Made by a program: the position numbers and the translations under genes
Assembly: GCA_965178125.1 (NCBI GenBank)
Contig: OZ237735.1
Span: 2,728,001 to 2,792,000, forward strand
DNA: 64,000 nt
Source: Bilabrum cf. latius
Taxonomy: Eukaryota
Direction: 5' to 3'
In this document: piece by piece, positions 13,185-24,800 of the stretch
How positions within the stretch are numbered: position 1 is the stretch's first letter
How the letters are laid out: each line of letters starts with the position of its first letter
Notes under the pieces: model-generated
What the model was told of the DNA's origin: nothing
Databases searched by the model: none
What the model saw: only the letters and a program-made list of their open reading frames with translations

Positions 13185-14459
13185 ATGAAGTGAGAGCCGC
13201 GTAGCTGACCTCAGGACGAAACACGGCCCACCGTTGCCAAGTGGTCATTGCTTTGTACTTGAAGCTGGTGCCGCAGGTAGTGGACCAAGCTGCAGGTCGC
13301 CTTCAACAAGGCGCTGAGGAGCAAGGACGACGAGGCGGCAATTCGTGTGTTCGATTCCAGCCCAGAGAAGCTTGGGAGGCTGGCGTGGCCTGAGGACTAC
13401 ACTTATTGTGGCACTACGCCGTTGGTGAGATGAGATGCCCGATCTTCCTGAAGGCGTCAGTCGTCGATTTGCGGCGCTTCATACCACTGGCAGCGTGTAT
13501 CAAAGAGTGGCTGATTTCCTCCAATCATGATGCTGGAATGCCCGCAGTACCGATACTTCGAGGACGCACTGACAGAAAACGATCGCCCGGCTGTATTGAA
13601 GCACATATTGCTGCATCCGAGTGGAGCTGTAGGGGTGAGTGGGTACAGCCTGTTGTCTATTGGAGGAGCAAGTGCACAGCAACCAAAGCTATTGCCAATG
13701 ATTGTGACTCAGCGCAATTGAGAGTGCTGCCACGCCACCCGTGCACCGCAGTACTTGAGTTACATCATTAGAGATCTCGTGAAAGGCAGGGCATGGAAGA
13801 GCCTGGAGATGATGCTTCGCATTGGAGCGCTAGACACGGGCTGGGACACTGTCACAGAGCAAGACCTTCAGAACGGGAAGAAACGACCGAAGCCCAGGCC
13901 CATCATCATTCATGCCACTGGAGAAGCCTGCTGGGGAAAGGACAAGCGGCCAGCCGCGCTCGCCCTGCTGCTGCGATGGGGCACGAGCGTGTACGAAGAG
14001 GGTCTCCGCAGCCCGACAGGCATCACGTGGCTGGACGTGGCCTGCGCCCAGTCAGCCCCACCCCGCTTGTATGGCGGGCCGCAGATCTTGCCGATCCCTC
14101 AGGCACTGTATGAGTGCAAGCGAGGCGCGAGGCCCCGCGAGGTGCTGGGCTTGCTGTTCGACCTGCTCCCACCGAGCCAGCTGGCCCCAGTAGCGTTCGT
14201 GGACCCGAGGCGGGGGGACCAGGTGGTGCGGTGGCGGCGGGCGGTGGAGGCCCATCGGGACGCGGGCATGGTGTTTCAGGCGGCCAGCGAGGGGCGGCCG
14301 ATGGAGCTCGCGAAGCGGCTGCGATTGGGCCGACTGGCGGGCGGGTTGCGGGCACGAGGCGTGGTGGGGGATGTGGAGATGGACGCGTTGGGGGCAGCGA
14401 GAGCTGGTGGGCATGGGGAGTGCGTGAGAGTCCTGGTTGATCGAGTTAAACAAGAATGA
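13185..14459 (+). CDS. Ankyrin-repeat-like protein with three predicted introns (13190-13276, 13425-13547, 13635-13751)
   Basis: GTGAG donors and CCGCAG acceptors restore one frame containing GTTPL and the C-terminal ALGAARAGGHGECVRVLV. The frame ends in TGA. The start is uncertain. Confidence 0.5.
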
Positions 14460-14591
14460 TTGCGCGCTCTGCAAATTCACAATCCATGCCCAGTCCTGAG
14501 CTGGTCCATGCCGCCAGAAAACGCGCGGCGGTGCTGCGAATCCGCCCCTCCCTCTTGAGCGTGGACGGCCACCCAACACACATGCCGTCCA

Positions 14592-17588
14592 TCAGTCCTG
14601 TCGATAGACAAGCAACGGGTGATACACGGATCCCGGGCCAGACCATGTCATCAACTGAACATCCACTCCCTCGTCTGCAGCGGGATCCGGGGTTTCAATC
14701 TGCGCCTTCACAAACTTCAAGTCCGTCTCCTTCTTCAGGCGTTCCTTGAAGGCCTCGCCAGGGTTCAGCATGACACCAAACTCGGCCAGCCGAATCGATA
14801 TCTCGCCAACATCCACCAAGTCCACCACTTCCCGATGACCGTAGGCGAGGTCCAGACCACCCGGAGCCGATGCTCCATCGCCCCCCCGGGGGCCTTCGTT
14901 GATCTCTTTGGTGAGGTCATGGATCGCCCCATTCACTGCTCTCACAACGTGCTCAACGTACCGCTTGTTAAGTCTCTGGCGTTTCACCGCAACAGAGCCA
15001 GAGGGCTCGATAGCCTTGAATTCCAATACCTTGCGCATGATCAGCTTGAACGCTCTCGGGTTCAGAAGGATGGCCCACGGCCTGGCATTCTCAATGACTT
15101 CAGTGATCTCCTTTTTCACGAAGGCCTCAACTTCATCACCGGTCATGTCGTCCGTCACCATGATTGGGGGAACGAACGTTTCCTTCATGCCCTGCATCTC
15201 GCCCAGGGGTTCCAAGCCGAACGCCGCGAGGTTCTTGTGTGCCATTCCCTCTGTCACGACAGCTGTGTGCGAGTACAGTTTGCGCTGAGCTGGCACTCGT
15301 CTGGCAGACTATGTCCTATCTGAGCCTGTTGATGCGCACTTCTTGTGCTCCCCCCCGGCCTTGCTCCGTAGTGTTGATCGGGTGTGCTGCTGCCCCCCGG
15401 CCTTGCCCCGTGGTGTTGATCGGGTGTGCTGCTGCCCCCCGGCCTTGCCCCGTGGTGTTGATCGAGTGTGCTGCCCCCCCCCGGCCTTGCCCCGTGATGT
15501 TGATCGGGTGTGCTTCTTGCCTCCTCGTGGTGATGACTCGACGTGCCCTTCAGCCACTAAACTACCCGCGCCTATACCAGTGTTGCCTTCGTCCGCTGCT
15601 CCGCCACTCGCGCGCGAAGCTCTGGTGGATTGACCCATGACAGGCGCCGGAAACCGGCTCCAAAACGCTTGCGTGGGGACTGCATACTTGCCTTTCTGTC
15701 TAGCAAATACCTCCATAGCACTTTGCAACACCAGACTCGACGATAGCTGCAACTTGTCGGCGCTTAGCTCTGGGATACCTGCCATTGGGGAACTCTTCGA
15801 ATGCAGCCACTGCAGCCGGCTCGACACGAATGCAGACGAGCCCGAGTCAAAGTTCATCCCGATGATCCTGATGAAGCTACCCAAGGTACGATGCTGGTCG
15901 GAAGGCAGCGGGGCTTCCATCAGTGTCAGCTTGTATGCAGGAGCCACGTAGGCCGCACCCCCGCGTCCGCTTCCTTTGCCTGCAGACTTGCCGTTGTCGC
16001 TCTCCGAGTCAGACTCTGCAGCGCCCTTGCCTGTGCCAGACACAACTGCTGCACCGCCGCTGGAGTCCTCGTCGTGCGCAACTGCTGCGCCAGCACCCGT
16101 GCATGCCGCCGCTGTATGTACCTGTCCAGCGCCCGAGCCACCTTGTACCGCACGGTCGCGTTGTAAGCTTGACTTGGTGCCATCACGTTGTGTTGGTCCG
16201 CGCAGAGCGCCTGGCCTGTGGTCTGGCTTGAGGGAACCCTGGTCGGCTGCGTCCAACGCTTTCGTACTAGCTGCACATTGCAGCCCTTCTTCATCCCCTC
16301 CTAGACGTGCCCGCCCAGCTGCCCGGGTGGCCCTGGAGCGTGTGCCTACACGGGTCCCCTCCCCCGCAGTCTTGCTGCCACTCTCCGGTTTCTTGGAAGC
16401 AGCAGGGTGCTTCTTCGTCGCTTTCTTCGTCTTCTTCCTGCCAGTCGCCTTCTTCCTTGACAGGGATTTCGGCGGTGGAAACTTAAAATCCCTGCGTCTG
16501 AATCCCTCCCATGCAGTCCACCACCTGTTGATCGATGCATCTCCCTTCAACAGCGTGTCCAGCCTGCGGACCTCCACGCGTCTGACAAAGGCTCCGAAGG
16601 TGCGAGTGGACAGTTGGCAGTAATCCTGCTGCTAGGCCGCTGTGCCACGCTCTGCAACCAACCGATCAAGACTTGTGTGAAGCTCTGCTCCCAACCAGCT
16701 CGTACTGGCCACACCCTACACAGCCTCCGCACCAGCGACGGCTTCTCCGACTCCTTGAGGCAATTCCGGTCGCGCCATGGGTGCAGCACCCTCGTTGCCA
16801 GTGCTCGTGCCCGCATGCGAGCCGAGTGCTGAGCTGGGTTGGTCTGAAGCCTTGCCCTGCTGCCCGGCTGTCCCGGCCGCTTGGGAGTCATCCTGGCCCA
16901 GTGCCCCGAGACCCTCATCCTGCTGCAATGGCGCCGAGAGAGCTTGGGGGTCTCGAACTTCATCTAGGCCGGAGCCCCTGCCGGCTGCTAGGCTGCCTGG
17001 CAGGCCAGCGCCAGCCGGCGGACGGAGACCGCCAGGCATGCCACCGCCGGCGCTATTCGCAGGGCACTGCACGTTGATGATGCGGACAGAATCGGATGCA
17101 GTTTCGTCCGGCCTGTCCACTCCGAGTTCTGCCGTATTCGCGCCCCACCCGGCGAGCACAGGCAGTTCAAGGACGCCGCCGCCCATTTCGACAGTCTGAT
17201 CGCCGTCCGATTTCCCCACCTTCACACCCATCTGTATCCGCTTTGTGAAAGTAGGACCTTGTACTTCTAGCACTTGTGCCCAGGCGTACACTCCAGTGCC
17301 GGAGATCTGGTGAAGCTCCAGATCGCGAGCGATCTTCAGGTGCTCGGCTGCGAACACTGGCTCGGTCTTGTCACCATCTCCACCCTTAGCCGCGTTGCCC
17401 TTCTTTCTGGGACGTCTTACCTCATGGAAGCCTTCTTGCAGCAGCATCCACTGGTCCCCATGCCTCCCGATGGAGGAAGATTCGGCCAGTGTGGCATTGG
17501 CGGCGGAAGCAACCAGCCGGCTGCCTCCAATCCAGACAGCACCGGCACAAATACACGATGCTGCGATCACTCTTAGCATGAAAACCAT
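14592..17588 (-). CDS. Hypothetical protein (about 998 aa) with an internal 14-aa tandem repeat
   Basis: ORFs 16716..17897, 15309..16577 and 14592..15296 share a frame, are separated only by TAG and end in TGA. The first in-frame ATG is at 17588. No family recognised. Confidence 0.55.
15351..15520. repeat. 42-bp tandem repeat, about 4 copies, coding HTRSTPRGKAGGQQ on the minus strand
   Basis: The unit CCCCCCGGCCTTGCCCCGTGGTGTTGATCGGGTGTGCTGCTG is repeated head to tail with few mismatches. Confidence 0.9.
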
Positions 17589-18705
17589 CTCTATGCTAGC
17601 TGCTGCTTCTTTCCAATCTTTTCTACGCCGTGAAGCGCAGAAACAGCCGGCTTTCGCAGAGTTTGTAAGGTGCTGGTTGAGCTTCACTTGACCGTCGTCC
17701 TCAGTCGAAAGGGACACAGAGCCTGTAGCATATTCAGGTTTTCCAGCCCATTCACTGCCAATCCATTCTCTGCATGAATGCAACTGGTATCCACCGGACA
17801 CTGCGCCGCATGCATTGCGGCCGGCGAGACAGCCACATGCAGCTCGACATGCAAGACGACATTCGTGTCTCGCGGATTGGGTGAGGAAGCGTACCACTCT
17901 TACGCATCAAGTTGCGCCAGTTGAAATTGGCATGGTGTAGAGGATCAGAGCTTCCACGGGCTAGGCCTTTTCCATCCGTGGTGCGGGTCTGTACTAACAG
18001 CCTCTCGACATCGCGCTACTATCCGTGTCTTCGCATGCCACTGGTCGCACTGGGTGGACCAGCAATACGCGTCGAGTCCCCCACAAGCTTGTGTCGTAGG
18101 AAACTCTATGCTAGATCAGTCACCTGCCGCGGACATTCTCGAGAAGAGCTATGACACGCAACGTCATACTCGCTTTGCACTGTTGCGCATCATCGTTTGC
18201 GCTTCGGCCATTTCCAAGCAGCAGCAGACGCACAACGACAGGGCCTTGATTTGATCGGGACTTGTTGGTAACATCGACACGCTGTAAGCGTATCAGCTGG
18301 CACATGCGACTGTGGATGCATACAGTAGACAACTTGCTAGTCGATCCCTGCCAAGGTGCTTGTAGCCCACCAGCAGTGCTCGCCTACAAGCTACAATGCA
18401 AAGAACACATTGCCTCAGCTAAACACGAGTCGGCTCAACACCCAGCGCGCTGCTCCCGGTACGCTGCCAATTCCCAGCATTCATGGATCATCTACCAGCA
18501 TGTGATTGTCGCACATGGACGACCACTGGCCAGCAAGACCGCTAATATCGTCGCGTTTCACACACCCATAGGTATCATGTCAGACATAACTTCAGCATAC
18601 GAACGAGTCAGGCCGTGAAGGGGTGCAAAGTGAGGACTAGGAAGGCGAGAGAGGGAGAGCCAATCTGTAGAAGGCAAACCAGGAACCGTGAACCAAATCA
18701 TCGGA

Positions 18706-18781
18706 TCATCGGAAGTTCGCCCGGATCATGACATCCTCGAGATCCACCGCAGCCCTCGCAGGCTCCTTGCCCCGATCGATC

Positions 18782-18813
<32 letters not shown>

Positions 18814-21800
18814 ACTGCTATCGCCACCCTCATCTGTCTCGATGCCACTCAATGCTCCTGTGCTCGATCCGCCTGCCAGTGGTGGCTGCATCTCTTCCAC
18901 GCCTTCGATGTCTGCCCGAGCAGCCACGGACGCCACCACGATGGCCCTGGCAGAGTCCGTCCCCAGCCGATACACGAACAGCACCAGCACCTTGCCCAGC
19001 TGCACCAGCGGCTCCTGCAGCACGATGTCCACCACGAATGCAACCAGGCTCGCGACCACCCAGGCCCTCGCCTGCTCGGGTGTGAACAGGATCCCGTACA
19101 GGCAGCACAGGTAGAACATGAAGCCCACCAGCACAAGCATCACCCCGTACACCAGCCCGATCATGAGGCCTCGGTCCCACCACGCCTCCTCCCAGTCCTG
19201 CACCTGCTGCTGCCTCCTCCTCCTCGCGATGGCCCGCCTCCTCTTGAGCGCCCGCACGATCCGGGCGGCAGACCGCCTGGCCCCGCCCCCGGGCCGTCCC
19301 TGCCCTCCGAGTCCCTGGGCCCCCAGCGCGGTCTTGACCCCGCTCTGCAGCCGGGCCTGCTCCACGGCGTGCTCCTGGATCGAGCTGCGGTACCACTGGA
19401 ACAAGAAGTACCCCCCTAGGATCATCAGGGCAGGCAGCACCTGCAGCCCCAGCACAAAACCAGCGGCCTCGCCGGCGAACGGCAGCCTGGCGCCGCCCAT
19501 GATCGCGGCTCCGATGATCTGAAGCAGCATTGCAGGGCCGAGGCACCAAGCAGACGCTTCCAGCCATCCTCGCCTCGACTGCACGTAGGCAGCCACCCCC
19601 AGTCCAACCATAGCAAATCCGATCACCACAAGCACGGCGATGGATCCACCCGCCCCTTCTTGCACCGTCCAAGCTTCAGCACTCAGCAGGTATAGTCCAA
19701 TCAGCACCCCTATAATGCCAGCCCACACCCACACCAGCGACAAAATCCCAATCACGGCCAGCCATGGACGGATGGATTCGGGGGGCACGGGGGCCCGAGC
19801 TACGTCCCGGATCCACGAATCCTCCTGATTGTAATCCTCTTCCACAGCTGCGGAGTCGTCTGTTCGAGGGCCGTGCAGCAAGCTCAGTCCACGACCAACC
19901 CGCTACTACGCTGCGCTGAACTCTGCCTCCAGCAGCGCCAGGTCTTGTGCCAGTTGCGCCAGCATCTCAGTCGAGGACGTCCCTTCCGGTTGTTCTTGGC
20001 CCTGCCGACTGAGTGCCCCGCCGTCAATGGAGCTCTGCTCAGAGCCAGCTGCCTCGCTCTCGGTGCCGCTAGCCGGTGAGTCCTCTTCGTCGTCCTGAGT
20101 TGGGTCTCCTGCAGATGCATGAGTGGCGACTGGATGGCCGGCCGCCCCGTTGCCATTCTTTCCGGCATCGCTCGTTCCATTCTCAGCTGCACGTGCTGCC
20201 GTGCACCCTGCCCGCATCCCAACAGCAGCTGCCAGCCATCGTGACATGCCTTCTGGCGGGCCACCAGGCTCGTGCGCCAAATTGCCGGCCAAACCACGCT
20301 CCAACCGTCGAATCAGTGTGCTCAGACGTCTCCCATCTTTGCTTCCCGGGCCGTCGAGCGCTGCACGGTCATGTCCCAGACCTGGCTGTGCCACCACATT
20401 GAGCAGCAGAGCCCGCACTTCATCAGCAGAGAGCACTCCTCGGTGCCGTTTGCGACGATAGACTAGCCATTCGACCGCTGCATCCAGGTCCATTAGCGCT
20501 TGTGCCACCGCAAGAGATACCCTCTCTGCCTCCTGCCACCCGAAAGGATGCAGTGCCGGTACTGACTCGCCATCGCCAGCTTCGTGCTCGGGATCCTCGT
20601 TCGACTTCATCTCGGACATTCTGGCTGCAATAACTGCTGATCTTGCACAATTAACCTCTTCTGCCTTTGCACTGGTGACAACAGGCTGCTCTTGCCCATC
20701 GTCGGTGCTCGAAACGCTCTAGTCACGTGCTGGCGGAGCTGCGGGGGCATCAGCAGCTCCAGCAGCTCCAGCAGAATCTGTACCCGTATCCGGATCAATA
20801 GAGACAAGGATCGATACCACCCCAGGGCTATTTGAGGCCTTGCCATCTCCATTTTCTGCTGCATTGGGTGGATCTGCTTCTGCCGCATCGTGGTTGCTGC
20901 CATCGACTGAGCCCCCGGGAGACCGGCGCCGCCTTGGGCTTGCTGGATCTTCCGATCTGATGGCATCCAGGATGACCTGGCGCTTTGCTTGCAGCTCCGA
21001 TCCATGCTTGTCTCGAACCGAGTAAGAAACATCGAGCGAGTCTGCCCTAAAAGTGTTGATAAGCGCAAACAGTCGGGGTGTCAGTCGCTCCACCGGCAGC
21101 ATCGAAAGCGCCGAGAAGAACGCGGCCACCATGCGGGACGACACACGCTGGGAATCGTTGCCAAAGAACACGGCGTTGATGGCCATCGAGGTCAGGCAAG
21201 TGGCTGTCAGGATCAGCAGGCGCTGGGGACGGGTCACCACCAACAGGTCCTCCTTGGGCGTGAAGAAGATGCTGCCCCACATGTGTCCTCTCCTCAGTGC
21301 ATCGATCCACTGCTACCAGATGTACGCAACCACAAGCCACAGCGTCCCTCGCTGCCTCAATTCGAGCCACTCCTATCTGGCTGCTTCCTTTTCTTTGCGC
21401 AAGGCCTCCAGCTGCTGCCGCAAGGTCTCCTCTTCCCCCCTTACTGCTGCCTCGATCCTGTCTAGCTCAACATGCTTGGGGTACACCGCAAACAGCTCTT
21501 CCTGGAGCACAGCATTGGCCATGAACTCAATCTGGGCATTTGATGCACCGGCGGTCTCCTCGAACGAGCCATCGCCGCTGCTAGCTCTCTTGTCCTCGGT
21601 ACGCACGCCTAGCTCAATGTCCTCTACGACCACGGTGGATCCAGCATCGACGTCATGCACATCCGTTCGCCCGTCTGCCCCTTCTGATGCGCTCGCTGCA
21701 GATGCCCCGGTATCGAGCGGAGTTAGCGAAATGGCTGATGCGCCCGGCTTTAACTGCGCATGGGACCCGGCCGAAGCCATGTCGGCGTGATGACGCCCCG

Positions 21801-24800
21801 ATGTGGTAGTCGGAGTGCCGCGGGCACCTGCTGCAAATATCGCCGCTGATTCCCCAGTTGCACTGACTGCTTCAGGTGGGCTCAAATCATCCAGGGCAGC
21901 CGGTTGGCTTTCGCTGGCTTCCACCCCAGCAAGCCAAGAAAACGTGCGGTTCATCAGGCTCTGCCTGCCCGCCTTTTGCTTGCGCTACTCTTGCACGATC
22001 TTCCAGCGATACCTCTGCAGCACCTTGAGGTACACCTCTAGCTGGTCCTCAATGTGCAGCTGCTCCATGCCAACGGCTCGCTGGATATGTCCGAACCGAA
22101 GGATGTGAGCCTCTCGCAGTTTCCTAAGCTCGGGCCTGCGATACCCCTCGAAGAACGCAGAGACTACCCACGAAAACGCAAACGCAACGAGAAGTAGACT
22201 CAGTATTATCACAGGAAACACATTCTCGGGCCGCAGGTAGTTCCGGAGCAGTCCTGCGTCCCCGACTGGGTCGACTCGGTTGGTGGTTGGTAGGTCCTGT
22301 CGCACCAGAGAGACAAAGTCAGAGAGATGTATGCTTGCGCAAATTGCAACCATACCCGACGCAGCTGTAGGATCCTGCTCGAATCGAATCAGAACTAGAC
22401 CACGCGAGGACTCCTGGTTGGTCACATAGCCGTTTCCATCAAGTGATCTGCACACGAAGCTGCTTTGTGAAGCACCCTCAGCAACGGGGATTCGGATGAG
22501 CAAGGGACAGTCCTGGTCCTGCACTTGCACCTCCCGCATCGAGTCAGCACTGGCCAGCGTGACCGACACGTAGTCCGATGATCTTACCTGTTCCATTCCC
22601 ATCAAGGCATCGAGAGCGTCAGCTGCAGCGAGAGGCGAATTGTCCCAACGAATCATCCTGAGGTCGATCGCATCTCCCTGCTGGCTCGCTGCTGCAAAGG
22701 CAGATGGGATCTCAGCCACAGATGCCTGCTGTGCTACCCCACCGCTGAAGTCTGCCGCTGGGATGCGCCGGATGGAAATACGTCCTGCACCCTCCAGCGA
22801 CACGGCCGACTCCTCCTCACCCGGAATGGTGTCCGCTGCAGCTGCGGCTGCCAGTCGCTGCACGGTGGCATCTGCCTGGCTACGCTACTGCAGGAGAACT
22901 TGATACAGCTGCGCAGCGGCGCCTCCCTGCTGCAGTAGCCTCCCGGTGAGGCGCCGACGGGACTCGCCAATCTGGACGGCTTCCTGCAGCAGTCCCTGAT
23001 TCTCACGATTGAGCGCCTGCAGCGATGTGCGCTGGGACTCCCGATCCAGGCGCAGCTCTTCAGAGGCTCCGAATGACTGCAGGAGTTCCTAGAGCCCCTG
23101 TATATCTGAGATGGCTGAAATGGATGCCTGCTGCTACTGCTGGCCCGCAATGACCTTGTCTAACAGGCCCGACAAGATGCTCTGCAGGCGGCGCCTGTCC
23201 TGAGTTGGTAGCTCGTTCGGGTTTGAATACAGACTGGAGATTACGGATAGCGCCTGGCTGGCTTCGTCAGGAGTGGCATTCTCAAGCTGCACGAGAGACG
23301 TGCGCAACAGCGACACTCCTGTGGAACGGACGGCCCGCACGTTCGCCAGCACGTCGTTACTGACGTCACACGCCCGCCCGCTCCATCCTGTCTGGCAGAC
23401 ACACGCAGCGCTGCAGGTCTAGGAGGCAGCCGAGTTTTGCGATGGGCTGCACCTAGACCCGGGGATCCGAATGCACGTGCCTCGACCGCTGCATTCGATC
23501 GCTGGGACCTGCAGACCAGAGCCATTCCGGGCAGCCTGCAGCGATGCACGCGTAACAAGTCCAGGGGATGAGCCGGGACACACGGCTGCAAATTGTTGAC
23601 TGGGATCCGAGGACACTCCGGTGACACAGGTCCCCCAGAAACATCTTGACATGGAGCCGGCACCCGCAGATGCTCTGCAGGCCGCCGACTCGCATTGTCG
23701 CGCGCGAAGTGCGTCGGCTCTCCGCGCTACCAGACCTGCCTGCTCCGCAATGCCCTGCAACTCCTACAGCACTGTCTCCAGGCCTGCATAGGCGAGCTAG
23801 GACTCGAGCTCGGACACATCGTCGCCGAGGGACTGCAGACCATCCTGGGCATCCGAGGTGGCATTCGCGAGTGCGGCAGCTGCTTGGCTCTAGTCCAAAC
23901 CAGCTGCTGGGCCAACCAGACGCACAGCTGCGGGTCGACCGGCGCTGTTGAAGATGGACGCCGTCGCAGCGCCTAGCTGATCCCGCACAGTCACGCTGAG
24001 GACAACAGCGGCTGAAGCATCCGGGTCCTACAGCAGGAGCGACCGCACTTCGTCTTGGACCTTGAAGAGGGCCCCTCCAGCGGCAGCCGACGGTGTGAAG
24101 GTAGATTGCAGAGGCACAAACACGGCACCAGGCAGTTGCCCCGTGGCAAGTCGATGCACTTCAGTGTCCGATAGCAAGCCATCCGCTGCAGCGATGGATG
24201 CCTCCAGCGGCAGCTAGTAGTACCCGAATCGATACGTCAACGGCTGTTGCTCAGCCACGTCTGTCCAGCCGCTGGCTTCAATCTAGAGGCCATCTCCCTG
24301 CGCTAGCACATCTATCGCGACATTCCCGACATCGATGAACCCAGAGGATGGAGGCGAGTTCGTCTCCAGATCGACTGAAGCCCGCACCCTCCACTGTCCG
24401 CTGGAGCTCGACACGGTCACAGTACATGTAAACGTTGCTCCTGCCTCAAGCCCATCTGGCCGGATAACGCCAAAGAGCTGCTTGCCGGGGCGCTCGCCAG
24501 CGCTCAGCACGCCCTTCAGCGGTGCTGTGTCCCCACTCCGCCTGACGACAAACTGTACCAATACATCCGTGCCGCCCAGGAGCTGGCCATCGTCCTGCCC
24601 GGGAAGCTCCTCACCGGTAACCGCATCCACCAGCCCGCTCTCAAGCACGACCCGGCGGGTGGGATTCACCAGCGTGCGACCCGGTGTATCCGGTGCATCC
24701 GCGGTTTCCACGAGTCTTGAGGAGTCCGAGACCTTGAGCAACACTCGAGGGGGAGCAACTGCGCCGGTACTGGGCAGAGCAGCACCCACCACGGCATACG

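Noticed and set aside
15351-15520. CRISPR-like array
   Set aside because: The units are contiguous with no unique spacers, are a multiple of 3 and lie inside a coding frame; there are no cas genes and the context is eukaryotic.
12859-18704. LTR or tyrosine-recombinase retroelement, or endogenous virophage, between the direct repeats
   Set aside because: The repeats are host gene sequence. No RT, integrase, recombinase, transposase, capsid or terminal inverted repeat was recognised.
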